DNA of 63,329 nt, counting the filler, from Octopus bimaculoides (taxonomy: Eukaryota): the NCBI RefSeq assembly GCF_001194135.2. It is 5 parts of 5 records of this genome, joined end to end, with 100 filler letters (N's around TTAATTAATTAA, not from the genome) between each part and the next. Parts side by side here need not be neighbours in the genome. Positions count along the whole stretch, not along the records: positions 16,388 to 29,331 come from NC_068992.1; positions 29,432 to 52,866 come from NC_069001.1; 3 more parts are not named here. The stretch is one strand, 5' to 3'. Positions within the stretch are counted from its first letter, which is position 1, and every line of letters begins with the position of its first letter. The notes under the pieces are model-generated. The model saw only the letters and a list, made by a program, of their open reading frames with translations. It was not told the DNA's origin and searched no databases. This document shows positions 23,610 through 37,974 of this stretch, one piece after another. Made by a program: the position numbers and the translations under genes.

Positions 23610-26600
23610 GGATCTTTCTGATGTGGCAGGCGCCACTTGTTTTCTGAACGAAACACTTTCAAACTTGGGACACTGGTAGAAGGTGTCATATAAAACATCT
23701 TTTACTTTTAGTGTTATTGAGAAAAGTTTATATTTTTAAAGTGATTTCATGTTAAAATTGTCATATTTCGGTAATTTCAACCAATCACTGACGTCTATTG
23801 AGGTGAAAACAATCACTGCTGTGACTTGTCAACAAGATGTGGTGGTGTAATGGGATCTTTTCCCTTGAATAAAATTAGTGCCGTTGTTTGTCAACAACTA
23901 TCGGTGGTACTGTTATTTATGACATCGTTCGTGCGTTTGTACTGGTTTTAGGGTTAGGGTTATGAGTATTTTTGCCAATATTCATAACCCTAACCCTAAC
24001 ACTTTTACCTCATTCTTCCGTTCTTTTCAGTCCTCGCTTCATTCTACGTCCTCCGTCTCCGGTACCTTTACAAAAGTAACGATAACTTCGAGACACATGA
24101 CCTGCTCTTCATCCGATGTTATCCATTTTGCTCTCCCCTGCACCTAAGCCTTTTATTGCACTTCAGCCGTAACACTCTGCATCCGGAACGTTATTTCATC
24201 TTGTCTTCTACCATACAAACCTGCCCTCAAAAACGCACTATCTTCCACTGCCTTCAATCTGATCTTGCCATCTTACATCCATTCCTTCCTACAAGTATGC
24301 CTGTATCCTTCGTCGCCTTTCCCCTAATAATACGCATACACTCACCTATAAACACACAGCCGCACATGCGTTGTAGTTACACAAACACATACTCTCTCAC
24401 TCACACTCACACACACGTTTTCTCACTCAGGCCACTTTACTTAACAACTGTATTTAGCCTTCCCGCTTTGCTTGTTTGTATTTAACACTTGCCACCGATT
24501 TTATAGCTCGTTTAACACACATAAACTTTTTACCATATTACCTCTGCTTTGCTTCGCCCTCCAATCAAAAGAGTCCCCAGTCCGATTCTACTCTTTTTTT
24601 AATTGTTTTGCCTTGCATAATTAACCACTAGATTTTACCAATTTACTATCCTCGGACCCCTACCATGCAAAAGTATTTTTAAAATACTCTCCTCCCTTTT
24701 AACCCCTCTACACTTCCTTACAACTTTACTTACTTTTCACTGGTTATGTGACCCTCAGTTTTTTCACCAGTACTATANNNNNNNNNNNNNNNNNNNNNNN
24801 NNNNNNNNNNNNNNNNNNNNNNNNNNNNNNNNNNNNNNNNNNNTATGTGTGTGTGTGTTTTCTTTATCAGCATTATTGTAAATTATTTTTCTCGTCTCCA
24901 TTTATTTTAATTTTTACTTTCTCCCTTCCGTTTACATGCTTTATGTATTACAGTTCGAAGCATGCACACACCTCTCTCACGTTCATTTTGCCCCTCCATG
25001 TGCCCAAATTGATTTTCCTCTTCCACATTAACACAAGAATATTCTTTCACTGGTGTTGTAATTTTTCCTTTTCCACTTTTTCTCCTTGTTCTCTCTCTTC
25101 TCCATCGACAGTATCTGACACCCATACACTTGCACACACTTCTGCCTCACCCTCCAGATTTCTTTCTTTTCCTTTCATCTCACACTAGCACTTGCTACCG
25201 CCCTCTTTATTTCCTTGCACACAATACGATCGATTACACATAAACACCCACCATTCACCCTTCCACAACCTTATGCTACTACATTTCCTCACTTGTACAC
25301 ATACACCCTTAACCAATAAACACATACACACACCTCCCCGTTGCAATCGTTTCAATACATTTATATACATGAAACCCGACCCTCCTCTCTTCACTCTCCC
25401 ACAGAATAGCTTTCCCACGTGGCCTCTAGCCCCATCCCGCCCCTTTTTCTTCTTTTTCCCCAACCGCTTTCCTCTTTCACCCTTCTACATTTTTCGTCTG
25501 ATGACGGACTAGCCCCAAAATTAAAGAATCCTTTCTCTACTAATTCTATGTTGTCTTCTTTCACAAATATATATATATATACACACACCGAGAGAGAAAG
25601 AGAAATGCAAAACTGCATATATATGTATGAATTTTCTACTCGTTTCTGACCCTGTGATACTTTCAAGCAATTATTATAATTGTATCCATTGACATGACAA
25701 GACGCATTTGCCTGGATTCTCCTTAGAATTTGACTGTGATTTGGTCCATAAATCAGAACTATTTTTATACAAGTTGACCGATTGCTGGTGTTGTAAGACA
25801 CGGTGTACTCTCCATGTACTATTATCTTGGTCTGCTTCAGAAAATCTGCCTCTCCAGATTCCATAGTTGAGGGCTATTATTTTGAGCAAGTATTACTGGC
25901 GTCACAGTGCTTAGTACTGACTCTTGTGAGAACCGAGGTTGTAATTCTAAATAAGGCCATATTAATTGCAGCCAAAAATAGGTTTTACTTTTACAAGTCT
26001 TACCTTTACAATTGAAATCATCACGGAAACTATCTCATCCGTGCCAGATGCCACCTATTGCTTCATCTTTTTGTCTACTTCTATGCTTATTTGGAACCAA
26101 GAGTAAGGCGTTTAGGTGAATGTAATTAAGAAGTGCATGTGCATTTCATACAGGAGCTGGCAGTTCACACTATTCGAAATCCTTACCAGCCATGGACCGC
26201 TCAGTATTTCCAGTAAGGATCACTATTGTTTGTACATAAGAGAATTGAACAACAGGCGTAAGTTTTTAATCTTGTGCTTGATACATTAAGTCTTTTGATA
26301 TGCTCTTCTCGTGAAGATTGGATGGTTAACAAGTATCAATGGAGATCCTCAATTTGTAATGATACTGCAAGACTGAGACTTCTTCTAAGGTACGTTCCAC
26401 TCTTAACATCTTCCAAAGAGGCCTTTCATCCTGGCAAGATTTATGTTATTTTTGAAATATTCAACAATTCTTAAGAGAGCTTTGAAAGAAGTTTGACCAT
26501 GTGTGTTTTGCGGGAGTTGTACGTAAAAAAAAAAAAAACACTCGAAGACCCGGGTATATATGTAAACGGTTAGATCTAATACTTCACAAGATCTAACGTG

Positions 26601-27090
26601 AATATGACTAAGGATCGTTGCACCCTGCTTTCTTAGCTAAAATGTTGTCCCATGTTGTCAGGTGTAATGCTTCAGCAGTTCATCGCGGTGAAAATTTCTG
26701 GCAAAATTATGATGTTTGTCTCATTAAAAAATGCAGTTAATTTTATTCTACATGAATGCTGTGTTCACTATATCACTGTTTCTTCTGTGAAGAAAAACTC
26801 TTCCCTCATTCACTGAATAAAACCTCAGTTGTATAACATGTCCCAAATATAAATTTAACAGAAGTAATTAGATATAGAAATAGACGAATCACTAAGTTTA
26901 TGAATAACTACCTTAGGAATTTATTAGTTAAGTAACTCAACTATATAGGGAATTCTGCTGTCAGACATAATATATTTTAAACATAATCTAAGGCAATTAA
27001 TGTGTTTTATATGACACATTCTACCAGTATCCTAAGTTTGAAAGTGTTTCATTAAGGAAACAAGTGGTTCCCGTCAATTCAGAAAGATCC
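23610..27090 (-). mobile_element. TIR-bounded composite element containing a Helitron helicase remnant
   Basis: 23610-23699 vs reverse complement of 27001-27090: 76/90 identical, ungapped, ends GGATCT...AGATCC; no TSD seen. Confidence 0.6.
25660..26480 (-). pseudogene. Helitron RepHel / PIF1-type helicase fragment, degenerate
   Basis: TLEEVSVLQYHYKLR..TC*PSN; VASGTD; GEADFLKQTKIIVHGEYT (cf. LIIWDECTM); NSSDLWTKSQ (cf. KSS.LW), in the expected order. Confidence 0.65.
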
Positions 27091-28143
27091 ATTTGTCGGG
27101 TACAATAGCTTTTTATCGTATTTTTACCAAAAATAACTATAATTTGAAAATATGTAGGTATAATTTATATATGAAGGAGTTCTAGTGACTAATCGGAGAC
27201 TGTATTCTAGACGTAATCTTAGCGTTTAATGACAATATACCAAGAAGATATATACGATCAGTTTTATAGGAGTGCTATGTTATTTTTTGTTGCTTTGCCC
27301 CTTATTGTAGTGTGGTCGTGTATGTGTGTATATATACATACGAATATTTATATCCGCATATAAACTTTCCGATAATTTGTTTAGTCTTTGTGTTATTTAT
27401 ATACACTCCATTTATATAGGTATATATAGGTATGTGAGTATGTATGTATGTGTGTGTGCGTATATGTGTACGTATATACAGGAATGTGTATGTATATATA
27501 TATTCATGCCTAACTCATTTGACCGGTTAATAGTTGTCCAACCGTAGCTAAGCCAAGACATTTTAAAACAATAGATGACCGAATAGATGAGGGGACTGAA
27601 CAGCAAAAATAACTCCTCCCCACTACCAGCAAGATTCCAACTACTACATAAACAGAAAAATAACGGAGTAACTCATTACAGGTTTATAGAAGTTTGGATA
27701 TTATTGTTAGAACTCTCACGAACTGATTGTATAAATTCCTCCATTACAAACATAACTGATCCGTACGTACACCATAGGTTTCTGATGTAATATATATATA
27801 TATATAGGTATGGACATTTTGTTGGAAATATAATGATACGAACCAATGCACCAGTCCTCCATTCCAAACGCAACTAATGCGTATGTACCAGGGAACATGT
27901 CTGTACGGAAATGTTTATGTATACATATGTATGTGTGGGTGGGTATATATGTGTCCTCCTCATGTACAATAACAATTGACTCATTGATGTGCATGTATAA
28001 ACATTTGTGTATGTACATTTGAATGTACATATATTTATTTATGTATATCTATATATGTAAAAGTATGCATATATATGTGAGTTTTACGGTTTTTATATTT
28101 TTATATTTGGATATATTAAATTATCCTTATGAACTTTATAAAA

Positions 28144-28265
28144 TCTCTGAAGAGGCCTAGAGAATCATCCATGTGCCTCTATTTCATCTATTAATTACTT
28201 CAGTCTACTGGAGTTATATAGATAGAATGAGGCATGTCACCTCTAGACTGAAACAACTGTAAGTC
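28144..28265 (+). ncRNA. Degenerate hammerhead-like motif with extended stem II
   Basis: CTGAAGA (28147), GGCCTAGAG...CTCTAGACT, GAAACAACTGTA. Confidence 0.4.
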
Positions 28266-28601
28266 ATTATCCCATTTTCTGTCACTAGATGTCCTTTTTT
28301 AATTACTGATATGACATAATATGTCGCATGTGTTTGTATATTATTATTATTGTCCTTTTAGTAAACAAATAAACAGGTAAATTGACTCAATACAATACTA
28401 TATATAACGCTTAGTTTTAGAATGGTGGCAGCTGATGAAGGAAATGTTCTCTATGTGGCCTGTGTGCTTTCTGTACTCCGTTTATCATTTTGTCCACATT
28501 TTTTTTGCAACGTCCTGTACCCAGATATGCATCTATATATACATGTAGATGTAGGTATGTACATAGGTACGTATATATGCACATACTCATATATTATTTG
28601 T

Positions 28602-28639
<38 letters not shown>

Positions 28640-29518
28640 AGAACGACTGTGCGAACCCAAAAGGAGAAATGGTGACGAATGGAAAAACAGGGCTCCTTTT
28701 ATTAGATGCGTCACACGGTCGAACACAAAATATATCAAATGATATATATATGTTATACTTCGATAACATAGAGAACTAAGAAATGCCAGTAAGATACAAG
28801 ATAGGACACAACCGATAATTATTAATAACAGTAAGATTTATTGTATCATTAAATTATATGTCTGTGTGTGAGTGAATGCGACATAATGAAACACAATAAA
28901 AGACAGGCCGTCATGTAAAGAAAAAGTGTGTGTAAGTAATACATGTATGTGGGTACGAGAGATACACAGTGTTGAAATAGAGTCAGTAACACGTATAAGG
29001 ATATAATATACCAGTTCTTAGAGTACACAGTGGTAAGTGTCTGTATATACGAAGTTAAGGCGTGTGTGACAGAGCGATCACTAGTTGTGATGTTAGGGCT
29101 TCTATGCCAAGCCGGGCTGGATACAGATGTTCTTCGCAGGCTAGGTTCTTGTCTATTATTTATCGTGGTGAAGATGAATCACACAAACAGAATCGAAGAG
29201 AAATGCCGCGGTTAGCTGTTGGTAGCTTGTGTACGTGTAGAGTCATGTTGACGCTGGCGGGGACGATGCTGGTAGTCGTAGTGTCGTGTTGCTGCTGGCG
29301 ACGTCGGTGGCGATGCTTGTAGTTCGTAGTTNNNNNNNNNNNNNNNNNNNNNNNNNNNNNNNNNNNNNNNNNNNNTTAATTAATTAANNNNNNNNNNNNN
29401 NNNNNNNNNNNNNNNNNNNNNNNNNNNNNNNACCACCACCACCACTGTCTCAATGATCACCACTAACACCATCACCACCATCACTTCCATCATCATCATT
29501 GCCACCACCACCATCACC

Positions 29519-29552
<34 letters not shown>

Positions 29553-30186
29553 TCACCAACACCATCACCACACTGAACGCACAAACACATTCCCAAATCT
29601 GTCCCCAATTCCTGTTTCTGCTCTCATATCTTTTATTCTAAATCATTCAATGTTTTATTTTTAGTTTATTTAATTATTTAATTATTTCTTTTCTTTGCCT
29701 TCATAATTATTAACATCATTTTTCAATCTCTGTCTCAATATTTAAACATCTTGTTCCTCATCTCCTCATCCCCTCATGCTTTTTCATTTTGAAACACATC
29801 TCTCACCTTTTCTCTACACCCCCTACATATATACATACATACATATACATATACATATCTATACATATATATATTTGTATATATGGATTTGTGTGTGCGT
29901 CTATGTATGTTTGAATATTAAATCAAGAACTGGAATTCGGATATCATTTTTAATTCTTTTGTTACAATTGTATCAATACAAGATGGGAAATACATTAACA
30001 CTAATAATATTAATGTTAATATAAAAAATTCATAATTATATAATATATACAAGCATATATTTTTGTACTCAAGTGATAGCCAATATTTGTAGAAGTGCAT
30101 CTTGGGGACAGAGCTTGGACTTTAATATCTTTTACATATTACACATATATGCGTTTGCATGTGTATGTATTCATGTATGTTTGAGT

Positions 30187-30227
<41 letters not shown>

Positions 30228-30254
30228 TACATTCATACATACACTCATACATAC

Positions 30255-30410
30255 ACTTTCCTTTAATTCCCAAATTTTATTTGATAACTACGTACAATTT
30301 GCCTTATGTTTAAGTCTAAAAGATAAGTGGTTATATATGCGCTGTTTCAAATTAATCGTACATCCCAAGTAAATATAACTATCAGTTATAGTCCTTATTG
30401 TGCATATAAA
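30255..30410 (-). pseudogene. Penelope-like GIY-YIG endonuclease fragment
   Basis: YIYLGCTINLKQRIYNHLSFRLKHKANCT*LSNKIWELK; homologous to 16790. Confidence 0.8.
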
Positions 30411-30584
30411 TATATATATATATATATATAGAGATATATATATATATATAAAAATGTAAGATCCAAGGATCAATGTGTAGGAAGAAAGTCAGCTTCAAGC
30501 AATCCATAGTAAATATAAAGAACAATAGTGGTTTATTGCGAGGGAAGGTTGTGGATTATTTTCCTATCAAAGTACGATAAGCTG

Positions 30585-30765
30585 AATAAGCACCCACTAC
30601 ACTCTCTGAGTGGTTGGCGTTAGGAAGGGCATCCAGCTGTAGAAACTCTGCCAAATCAGACTGGAGCCTGGTGTTGCCATCCGGTTTCACCAGTCCTCAG
30701 TCAAATCGTCCAACCCATGCTAGCATGGAAAGCGGACGTTAAACGATGATGATGATGATGATGAT
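30585..30765 (+). mobile_element. RTE 3'-UTR tail copy ending in (GAT)n; similar at 38355-38455 (+), 50205-50330 and 50660-50880 (-)
   Basis: gtggttggcgttaggaagggcatcc...ccaacccatgctagcatggaaagcggacgttaaacgatgatg; reverse complement of the 20108-20270 type. Confidence 0.8.
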
Positions 30766-31393
30766 ATATATATATATATATATATTCCTTGTATGTCTAT
30801 CTGCATGTTTTTGTCTGTCTCTTTATTTATCCATTTGCCATCTATTTATTTACCCTGAGCCTCTCTCGATCAATCAATTTATCAGTCTGTCAGTCTATTT
30901 GTCTTTCTTTTGTGATTCCTTTTCTTACCGTCCAAGTCTATCCTATTCTCCAGGTAGCGCCAGTGTACACAAAACTTAAATAAAACCACCTCTTCCTTTA
31001 AAATTTCAAAGACAATCAACCAAACCTCCCATTCCTTGACACTGACACCTAGCCCCACCCCCACCTCATCCCACTTGCCCAAATTCCATTCATCTGTATA
31101 TTCATTCAGCCATCCATCATTCATTTATTTATTTATTTATTTACTCAATTCTTGCATTTGTTTCTTGGTTCGTTCTTCTTTCCATATTTTTTTATTTTTC
31201 GAACCAATCTTTCTTTGTTTACAAGGGTCCATTCTTCTGCAACTAGAATCACAATAAGATAGAAAAAAAGAAAAGAAAGGCATATGCTAAGTTTATGCAA
31301 TCACAGACCATAATTATCACCAACACCACCATCATCATCACTACCACCACCACCACCACCATCATCATCAGAATTATTACAACTTGTATTATT

Positions 31394-31810
31394 GAGGAGG
31401 TGAGCTGGCAGAGTTGTTAGCACCCATGGCAAAATGTTTAGTAGTGTTTTGCCCTTCTTTATGCCGAGGTTGACTTGACTTTTCATCCTTTCTGGGTCAA
31501 TAAAAAAAGTACCAGTTGATAAATAAGCACCAGGGCTGAAAGAAGTATTGGGGATCGATTTGTTTAACTAAAACTCTCAAAGGCAATGCCCCAGCTTGGC
31601 CACAGCTCAATAGCTGAAACAAGTAAAAGACAAAAATATAAGAACTATGATGTGGCTGTGTGGTAAGAAGCTCGCTTCCCAACCACATGGTTCCAGGTTC
31701 TGTCCAACTGCATGACACCTTGGGAAAATGTCTTCTACTCTAGCCTCGGGTTGACCAAAGCCTTGTGAGTGGATTTGGTAGATGGAAACTGAAAAAAGCT
31801 CCTCGTATGT
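31394..31810 (+). mobile_element. SINE cluster: family A head/core joined to a family B tail, then a family B head
   Basis: gagctggcagag..tttcatcctttctgg; gctgaaacaagtaaaag; gctgtgtggtaagaagc. Confidence 0.7.
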
Positions 31811-31948
31811 ATATATATATATATNNNNNNNNNNTATTTATGATGATAAATGGTTTTACCGATAAAGGTTTTTTCATACTGAACTACTTGGCAAAATTGT
31901 TAATTATTAATTCTATTATTAATTGACGATTCCCTGCCCTTATTCTTG

Positions 31949-31994
<46 letters not shown>

Positions 31995-32564
31995 TGTATG
32001 TATGTATATACATACACATATATATATATTATGTGCTAGGCTTAAAAATTAAGTATTGGGTTTGATTCATTCAACTAAAAAAGAAATACTAGAAATGTAG
32101 CACCATGCCACACCTTACCATTTCAAAGACGAAATATTGGTTCTCTACTTTGTCTCATACTAAAAACTCTATGACTGCCCAATGTTTGGTTAAAACTAGT
32201 GCCCCAGTTATTCAGTGGACAGAAATCATTCATATCTAAGAGAGACATGGTAATGTTTTAAATATTAGCAAAAAACATTCTTGCCATTTATTATTATTAT
32301 CATTTTTTTTTTACTATTTTTTTTTTGTTATCATCTCTAGAAATGTTCCAAAACACATTTGCTGTTTAATTGCATTTTTTTAAACCATTTATTGGCGGCA
32401 GGAGGAGAGGGTGGTAGAGTGGGCTTTTTTTATCGTTTTGATTCCTTTTTTTTTTTTTTTTGCTTTGTCTGTCTGATAGAAATTGTCATATTTTCTTAAA
32501 TGTTTTATTATTGCGATTATTATTATTGTTATTATTATTGTTATTATTATTGTTATTATTATTA

Positions 32565-32607
<43 letters not shown>

Positions 32608-33248
32608 CATTATTAGTATTATTATTAATCGTCATCGTCATCATCATTATTTACTGTCAGTATCGTTATATATTTATTTAACTTTGTCAGTGTGTCTGAC
32701 AAATCAGAATGGTGGAATATGAATCAACTGAANNNNNNNNNNNNNNNNNNNNNNNNNNNNNNNNNNNNNNNNNNNNNNNNNNNNNNNNNNNNNNNNNNNN
32801 NNNNNNNNNNNNNNNNNNNNNNNNNNNNNNNNNNNNNNNNNNNNNNNNNNNNNNNNNNNNNNNNNNNNNNNNNNNNNNNNNNNNNNNNNNNNNNNNNNNN
32901 NNNNNNNNNNNNNNNNNNNNNNNNNNNNNNNNNNNNNNNNNNNNNNNNNNNNNNNNNNNNNNNNNNNNGTGTGAAAATAAAATAATCCGCAGAAAATATT
33001 TCCATTGCGAAAAAATAACGAAAACAAAAATTTTAATATTTAAAAAAAAATTTTTTTTTTTAAAGTAAAAAAAAATTAAAAATAAAAAGTAAATAATAAG
33101 ATGTACATTTAAATAAAAAAAAAGGTAAGATTGAAGAGAGAGATAGAGAGATTTTTTGAAAATGATTACATAGATTTTTAAAGATTATACAGAAAAAACT
33201 CAATCCTCTAGGATTCAAAACCAATTCCATTTAACATATACACATATA

Positions 33249-33279
<31 letters not shown>

Positions 33280-35423
33280 CCACATTATGCATATACATAT
33301 AATGAATATGAATGTGTAATATATTATCTATTTTGTTAGTTTTATGTGATATAACATAAAAGGGATCTTGCCGATATCCCTACAAGCACCCATGCACCCA
33401 CCAAAACTTTGGCCCCCCCACCACCACCACCACCACCACCACTCCCAAATAATATTTATCTGATTCTTGTAATAAATGTGAAGAATGGTCCCCAAAGGTT
33501 AAGGAGATTGGTGGAGAGATTATTTTTATATTCTTGGTGACATCCTTAACCAGGGAATTAAAAAGAAATATGAAATATGATAGGAGCTTGTTTTTGGGTT
33601 TGGAGAATGTGTATAGGAATGGAGATGTGAGGGATTGAATGAGTAAGGTAGGGTGTGTATGTGTATATATATATATATGTCTGTGTATCTGTTTGTGTAT
33701 ATGCATATATTTATATGTGTGTGTTTCTCTGTGTGTGCATGTATGTACATATGTATGTAGTGTAAATGTATGTGTGTATGAATCTATATAGGTACATATA
33801 TGTATATATATATATATGTGTGTGTGTGTGTATGTGTCTGTGCGTATGAATGTGTATGCAAATTTGTATGTGTGTGGATTTAAGTATGTATGTATATGTG
33901 TGTGTATATGTGTGTGTATGTATGTATGTATGTATGTATGTAGAACATAGTTATCTGTTATTTATTCCAATAAAGTGTTTGCTGATGGTCTGTTGAGCTT
34001 GAGTATCTAAATGTTCTTGGAATGCTTATTGCAGGGATCCAAGCAACCACAATGGTGAAACATGTGTAGGAACTATAATATAAACTTGGGTTTATCCTTA
34101 TTTCTCATACATATATATACATATATAGATATTGAGATAGATAGATAGATAGATTGATTGATTGATTGATTGACTTACATACATGCACACACAAACACAC
34201 AGATGGACTTCCTCAAGCTATCATCTAAGTTTCCACTCAAACTGGAACTAATGAGTGACCCTCAACATGGCCACTCAACTGGCAAGAAATTACTGCCAAA
34301 CCTCCTCCAAATTCCATTATACTGTCTTAAAAAAAAAAGAAAGAAGAGGACTCACAGTAGACCCATGGCTTTGACTGTATTGCATATGGACAGACAATGG
34401 GTGCTGGCTATGATTGCAAGGCTTTTAATCACAGATCTATTGACACATCCTCTACACAAGTGGTTCCCCGCTGGGGTTCCCATGGCCCTTAAGGGTTAAT
34501 ATTAGATTTTGTTAAAAATTATGCACAATAAATTGGTTATATTTTGACAATACAGAAAATATCTTAGCAATTTTTTTAAATACGATTCCTAATAATATTT
34601 CAATATATAAATATCATAAGTTTTTTTTGACATTGACTGGCTATGAAGGGTAAACCTAGCTTCCTAGCCACCCTGCCACCCAGCCAGATGTGTGGCCATG
34701 ATTATTATAGCAGAAATTTTTTCTAACAATCATTGAAAACACATGCCTTGATGAAAACACATGCCTTAATTGCTGGAATCATACCCACTGCTTTCATAAT
34801 AGGAAACCATCGCCTGACAACCATCACCACAACCACCATCACCACCATCACAAAATTAACAGAACTACCATCATCACCAACATCATCGTCACCACCACCA
34901 CCACCACCTTGTGAGCAAATTTGGTACTTAGAGACCTAGTTAGAAGGCCNNNNNNNNNNNNNNNNNNNNNNNNNNNNNNNNNNNNNNNNNNNNNNNNNNN
35001 NNNNNNNNNNNNNNNNNNNNNNNNNNNNNNNNNNNNNNNNNNNNNNNNNNNNNNNNNNNNNNNNNNNNNNNNNNNNNNNNNNNNNNNNNNNNNNNNNNNN
35101 NNNNNNNNNNNNNNNNNNNNNNNNNNNNNNNNNNNNNNNNNNNNNNNNNNNNNNNNNNNNNNNNNNNNNNNNNNNNNNNNNNNNNNNNNNNNNNNNNNNN
35201 NNNNNNNNNNNNNNNNNNNNNNNNNNNNNNNNNNNNNNNNNNNNNNNNNNNNNNNNNNNNNNNNNNNNNNNNNNNNNNNNNNNNNNNNNNNNNNNNNNNN
35301 NNNNNNNNNNNNNNNNNNNNNNNNNNNNNNNNNNNNNNNNNNNNNNNNNNNNNNNNNNNNNNNNNNNNNNNNNNNNNNNNNNNNNNNNNNNNNNNNNNNN
35401 NNNNNNNNNNNNNNNNNNNNNNN

Positions 35424-35457
<34 letters not shown>

Positions 35458-36122
35458 GGTATTTATATTGAATTATAAGCCTTCACTATATATATTGACA
35501 GTTGAAAACAGTCTAATATTAGTGCATATTAGCCCCCATAATGGAATGCCAATTTTTTTCAGCTAAGGGGGCTTATATGCCCTAATATTACACTATTTTC
35601 TGTATTCAATATACTGTGAAGGCTTATAATCCTATTTACAAAATTTCAATCACCATCATTTCCTAATTCATGCGAAATTCACACATGTTTACATATATAA
35701 ATATATATATATAGTCATGCATATGTATAGACACCACGTACACAGATGTGCACAAACGCATAAAACCAGAAAACAGAAACAATATAACTAATTAAGAAAT
35801 TACAATTGCAGTCCGTTAATGGAATTGTAGAAATATGTAAAATATTCCAGTCATTTTGTCAGGGGGAATGTACCCCCATACACAACATATAGATATGCAT
35901 GTATATATTTATATATATGTATGTATGTATTTATGTATGTATGTATGTATACACACACACATATATATATACATGTGTAGGGACATAATAATTATATCTG
36001 TGTGTACTTATATTTGTTAAAATATACAGGTTCACATAATCAATGATATTTTGGCATGCAAGCCTGCATAAGGATATTTTTACTTACATGGGTGCAGGTA
36101 CATACAACCACAAACACTGAAT

Positions 36123-36158
<36 letters not shown>

Positions 36159-37390
36159 AGATATATATATTTTCTTTTTTGTGTACATATGCCAATATAT
36201 CATTACAAGTAATCATTATTATTAAATAATAAATAAATAATACATAAACCCACCACCACCCCCACTACCTGCACCATCAGTGTCCCAAATCCATTTCCAC
36301 CTCCACCACTCTTCTATGAAGCAGTGAAATATTGCTCCTTTCCCTTCTCTCTCTCCCTGCTCCCAAACAAATGAGAATTCTCCACCCCTTCCCTTTCAAC
36401 CCCCTTACATGAAAACATACTGACACATTTATCAGTTACCAATTATTTCATCTCTTTGATCTGGGGGTCCAGAGAGTCCGATTGGTTGGCTGGAGATTTG
36501 AACAGTTGGACAAATATTTCGTTTTCTCTGAGTCAGGAATTGGTTAAACAAATAAATAAATAAATAAACAAATAAATAAACAAATAAACAACTAAATAAA
36601 TAAATGTTTGCCCACTCCAACTCCTTCCTCGACACTCCTCTTTCACAGCAGGTGGGGTGGGATAGGGCAGCGTTGGGGTAAGGGCTTCGGAATTTCCGTA
36701 CCACAGGTGACCCACCCCGCTGCCGCAGGGGGAAAGGGGTGGGGGGGCGTTTTAATCCTGGCAATGGAGGTGAGGAGGTGGCGGCATGGGGATGGGGAGA
36801 AGAGACTTTTCTTTAATTATTCTCGGATGGGTAAATAAATAAATAAATATAAATTGATAAATGAATAAATAAAAGAAAATGTTATGAAATAACAAAAATA
36901 AGAAAATAAAACGAATTGATAACCAGGTGACCCTACTAAGTCATCTCTGTCACCACCACCACCACCACTACTACTACTACTATTTCCACAGTGCATTCAC
37001 AGACACATTGACACACACGCACACACATATTTATACACACATATATATACACAAATAATCATATATACATTCATATATGTACTTTCAAACACACACACAT
37101 AATTATCTATGTGCATCTAAGCACGCACATGCAAACTCTCATGTGTGCACACACAAACACACACATGCATGCACATATATTTACATACATATTTACATAT
37201 ACACACACACATACTTATACAAACACGTATATTCACACACTTGCACACACACACATACACACAGAAACACACTCACACATGTATATATATCTATACATAT
37301 ATATCCATACATTCGCACACATGTACTCAAACACACACATGCATGCACAGACACACACTTATATAAACATATATTCACACATGCACTCGA

Positions 37391-37430
<40 letters not shown>

Positions 37431-37548
37431 CCACACATATATTTACATCCAAACACACAAACATGCACTCATACACACTCATGCAAACACACAGAAAGAC
37501 ATATCAACAATATGCACATTCAAAATGTACACACATACACACATACTT

Positions 37549-37603
<55 letters not shown>

Positions 37604-37974
37604 CACAATTGCTTATCTCTTCCCTAATAGAAATTCTGGCTGATAAATTGATTCTCGTTCATAAAGAGAGGATTTGTTTTTGCTATCATTGTTGTTGTTG
37701 TTGTTATTTAGTCTCCGAGGTGACCCTGATCCCGAGACCCACAATCAAAGACATTCCAGCCACAAACTATTCTGTCAATTTTTTTATCAGGCAGAGCATA
37801 CCAAGGAGTACATTAACCAATGTGACCTTCATCCTATCATTTTTTTTGTAAGACAATAGGATGATTTGTAGGTGATTTAGCTACTATTTCTCAGTGCTCA
37901 ACTGTCCTACATTATCAAAACAAGCACACACACACACACACACACATGCACATGTGCGCACGCATATACATATC

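Noticed and set aside
28428-28470. Hammerhead at CTGATGAAGG
   Set aside because: No GAAA or stem II partner nearby.
34484-34500. piggyBac-like end AAGGG-TTAA
   Set aside because: No matching opposite terminus found.
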